Of a DNA stretch of 64,000 bases, positions 61,698-64,000 are shown one piece after another. Both the position numbers and the translations under genes were made by a program. Position 1 is the first letter of the stretch, and every line of letters starts with the position of its first letter. The notes beneath the pieces were generated by a model, which saw only the letters and a list, made by a program, of their open reading frames with translations, made no database searches and was not told the origin of the DNA. Location: contig OZ252239.1 of NCBI GenBank assembly GCA_965249485.1, positions 3,200,001 to 3,264,000 of the forward strand, in the 5' to 3' direction. The stretch comes from a bacterium. Its GTDB lineage: Bacteria; SM23-31.

Positions 61698-62156
61698 ATG
61701 GAAAAGGCAGACACAAAGGCTCAGGCTAAATCCTTTGGAGTAAGAGGAGAGGTCTTTGACCGACTTGCAAACAGTACAGCTATTAACGACCTTACTAATT
61801 ATAAAGGTCTCCAAAAGAATGTTAAGTGGAAGTTGTCCCTCTACTTTGATAAAATCATAGATGCCAGTAGAGCTTATGGTAAAATGAAAACGGAACTCTT
61901 AAATGAGTACTGTAAGAAAGATAGGTTTGGAGAGAACCTTGAGACTGAATCTGGCTCTGGTAAGTTTATCCTCAAAGAAGAGCTTAGAGGAAAGTACTTT
62001 AAAGAACTAGAGAGACTTTCAGATGAAGAGATTGAATTTGCAGGAGAGAAGTTTAAATTAGCTTATACTTTAGTAGAAGAAGCTTTAAGTGCTCAGGCTA
62101 TATCTTATTTAAAACCCTTGATTGATTTTATCTATGACGAAGAAGATGACAAGTAA
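61698..62156 (+). CDS. Phage protein following the tail fibre (possible assembly chaperone)
   Basis: Charged helical 152-aa protein; GAGGAG RBS; position after the fibre. Confidence 0.6.
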   Translation: MEKADTKAQAKSFGVRGEVFDRLANSTAINDLTNYKGLQKNVKWKLSLYFDKIIDASRAYGKMKTELLNEYCKKDRFGENLETESGSGKFILKEELRGKYFKELERLSDEEIEFAGEKFKLAYTLVEEALSAQAISYLKPLIDFIYDEEDDK

Positions 62157-63807
62157 AGTCAAACTTACTAAAGCTCAGAAAGAAGAGTTTGTAGGACAGA
62201 CCCTTAAGCAGTGTCAATTTGATACTAAGGTCTTCTCCAAGATATTCTTTCCTAGAAGATTTAAGCTCCCCTTTGCACATTTACCTTTACCTAATGAAGA
62301 TGGTAGTGAGGGTCTACCTATCCATGATAGACTCTTCAAAGCTATTGACGATAAAGAGAAAGCCAGAGTAGTAGTTAAGAGTTCTCGTAACATAGGTAAA
62401 ACTTCTATAGCTCAGTTGGCTGTACCTGCTAAGATTATTCTCTTTAGAGAGTATAACTTTATAGTCCCGATTTCAGTCACTGCGGCTCATGCTATGGCTC
62501 AGTCTGAGGCTCTTAAGAGGCAGATGGAAAGTCATAGTTTTATTAGAAAGTGGTTTGACCTTGAATGGGTAGAGAAGACTAAAGAACTATGGGTAGTAAG
62601 TAGTTATAATAAGATAACTGATGAGAAGCATGAAACTGTAGTAATGCCTAGAGGTTATACACAGCAGATAAGAGGGCTTATATGGGATGATTACCGACCT
62701 GATTTCTATATCCTTGATGATTTAGATGACCCTAAGGACTCTGAAGATGTCAGAGAAAAGAAACACACATGGGTCTTTGGAGACCTTCTTGACTCCCTTG
62801 CTGAGAATGAAACAGAAGATGATAGAGTAATAGCTATTGGTAACCCTTCTGGAGATGCCTCAGTTATAGGGAGATTGAGTGATGATGATGATTGGGAACA
62901 GATAAGTCTTCCTATCTGTGATGCGAATTATAACTCTTATTGGGAAGAGAAACACTCCTCGGAAGGATTGAAAAAGAAAGCTGATAACCATAGAAAGCAT
63001 AAGTTGTTTAGAGTATTCTGTCGAGAGTTTATGTGTATTGATATGCCTCCTGAGGAAAGAGCTTTGAAGGAGAAGTACTTCACAGATAATATCTTAGATG
63101 AAAATACCCACTCTCATGCTCTTTTGAAGAAGATGCTCCACTGTGCAGGTTTTGTAATAGTTGACCCTGCTAGAAGTGATGATTCTTCTGCTAACCCTAC
63201 CTCTATTGGAGGTTATGCTCTTGATACTAAGGTAGGTAAAATACTTGTAGATGATATGCTTAGTGAACACTTACAGCCCTCAGAGCAAAGGGAAAAGGCT
63301 TTTGAGATGTTCCTTGAACTTCCCAATCCTATGTTTATGTGTGTTGAGGACACCGGTCTCAAGCAACATATTCAACACCCTTGGGAAGATTATGCTCTAA
63401 GGATGGGTATTCCTTGTACCTTTATATGGTTGTCTCCTAGAGGAAAAGGTAAGCCTTTTAGAATTGGTATGTCAGAGCCTTACTTCCGAAGAGGAGATTT
63501 CCAATTTAGAGAATCTATAGTCAACATCTGTATGACTCAAGGTATTGCTTTTCCAACAGGAAGGTTAGATGACGTTATAGATAATCTTGCCTATGCTCCT
63601 CAAGTGCTGAAAGAGAACATGCAGTTTCTCCTTGATGAGGCTACTACAGGAGAATACGACCACAAGATTGAAGGAGAACTCAAGCAGAGAGTTGATTTAG
63701 AAGGTGTGGAAGTAAATGATGATGACTTTGAACTTCTAGAGAAAAGTCGGTATGAACATGATAATGAATTTATAGAAGATCCCTATCAGTCTGGAGATAT
63801 TATCTAA
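62146..63807 (+). CDS. terL: Terminase large subunit
   Basis: SRNIGKTS Walker A, RG...YRPDFYILDD Walker B, IVDPA and DD.ID.LAY nuclease motifs. Confidence 0.9.
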   Translation: MTSKVKLTKAQKEEFVGQTLKQCQFDTKVFSKIFFPRRFKLPFAHLPLPNEDGSEGLPIHDRLFKAIDDKEKARVVVKSSRNIGKTSIAQLAVPAKIILFREYNFIVPISVTAAHAMAQSEALKRQMESHSFIRKWFDLEWVEKTKELWVVSSYNKITDEKHETVVMPRGYTQQIRGLIWDDYRPDFYILDDLDDPKDSEDVREKKHTWVFGDLLDSLAENETEDDRVIAIGNPSGDASVIGRLSDDDDWEQISLPICDANYNSYWEEKHSSEGLKKKADNHRKHKLFRVFCREFMCIDMPPEERALKEKYFTDNILDENTHSHALLKKMLHCAGFVIVDPARSDDSSANPTSIGGYALDTKVGKILVDDMLSEHLQPSEQREKAFEMFLELPNPMFMCVEDTGLKQHIQHPWEDYALRMGIPCTFIWLSPRGKGKPFRIGMSEPYFRRGDFQFRESIVNICMTQGIAFPTGRLDDVIDNLAYAPQVLKENMQFLLDEATTGEYDHKIEGELKQRVDLEGVEVNDDDFELLEKSRYEHDNEFIEDPYQSGDII

Positions 63808-64000
63808 TGCCATTCTTTGAAGGACAGGCAGATTTCTCAAACAATCAGTTGATTTCTCTTAAAGAGGCTTTACGGAAAGAGAAGCATACTTACTCTTATC
63901 CTAGAAAATTAGACCTGAAACCTGATTCTAAGTTCCATAGGTTCCTCCTTGATAAGCTAATGCCAGAGGCTATTAAGTCTAGAGAGTTCATGCAAGAGAA
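63807..64000 (+). CDS. Probable portal protein, 5' part only
   Basis: TAATG-coupled to terL and open to the window end. Identity rests mainly on position. Confidence 0.5.
   Translation, partial: MPFFEGQADFSNNQLISLKEALRKEKHTYSYPRKLDLKPDSKFHRFLLDKLMPEAIKSREFMQE

Larger units (their letters stand above)
44974..64000. mobile_element. Prophage (tailed phage), left part; continues beyond the window
   Basis: Integrase next to the tRNA 3' end; excisionase, lysozyme, holin, tail fibre and terL genes; abrupt compositional change. Confidence 0.93.

Overview
The window has two parts. Bases 1-44,973 are chromosome of a flagellated, LPS-producing bacterium, probably FCB-superphylum (inferred from a DUF4835-like gene and from signal peptides followed by Gln). 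This part holds LPS core/lipid A genes, tsaC, a MATE pump, surface lipoproteins, a decayed rimK-M14 peptidase operon, a TRAP/TPAT transporter, late flagellar and glycosylation genes with a sigma28 promoter, a disrupted array of degenerate HD-domain paralogs, and an ECF sigma/thioredoxin/OsmC redox operon. From about 44,974 to the window end is a prophage integrated at tRNA-Ser(UGA). It carries integrase, excisionase and leftward early ORFs, then rightward HTH/terS-like, lysozyme, holin, tail-fibre, terL and probable portal genes. The most notable signals are four. (1) An unannotated small membrane protein in the redox operon with an in-frame UGA, a U-x4-C motif and a SECIS-like hairpin 11 nt downstream; the neighbouring FmdB gene is a second, weaker Sec candidate. 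(2) About 500 nt of non-coding prophage DNA with nested long-range pairings and a possible pseudoknot, suggesting a large structured RNA. (3) A candidate sigma28-driven sRNA. (4) A 434-bp exact duplication in the tail fibre. All calls were made by eye; no searches or folding programs were run.
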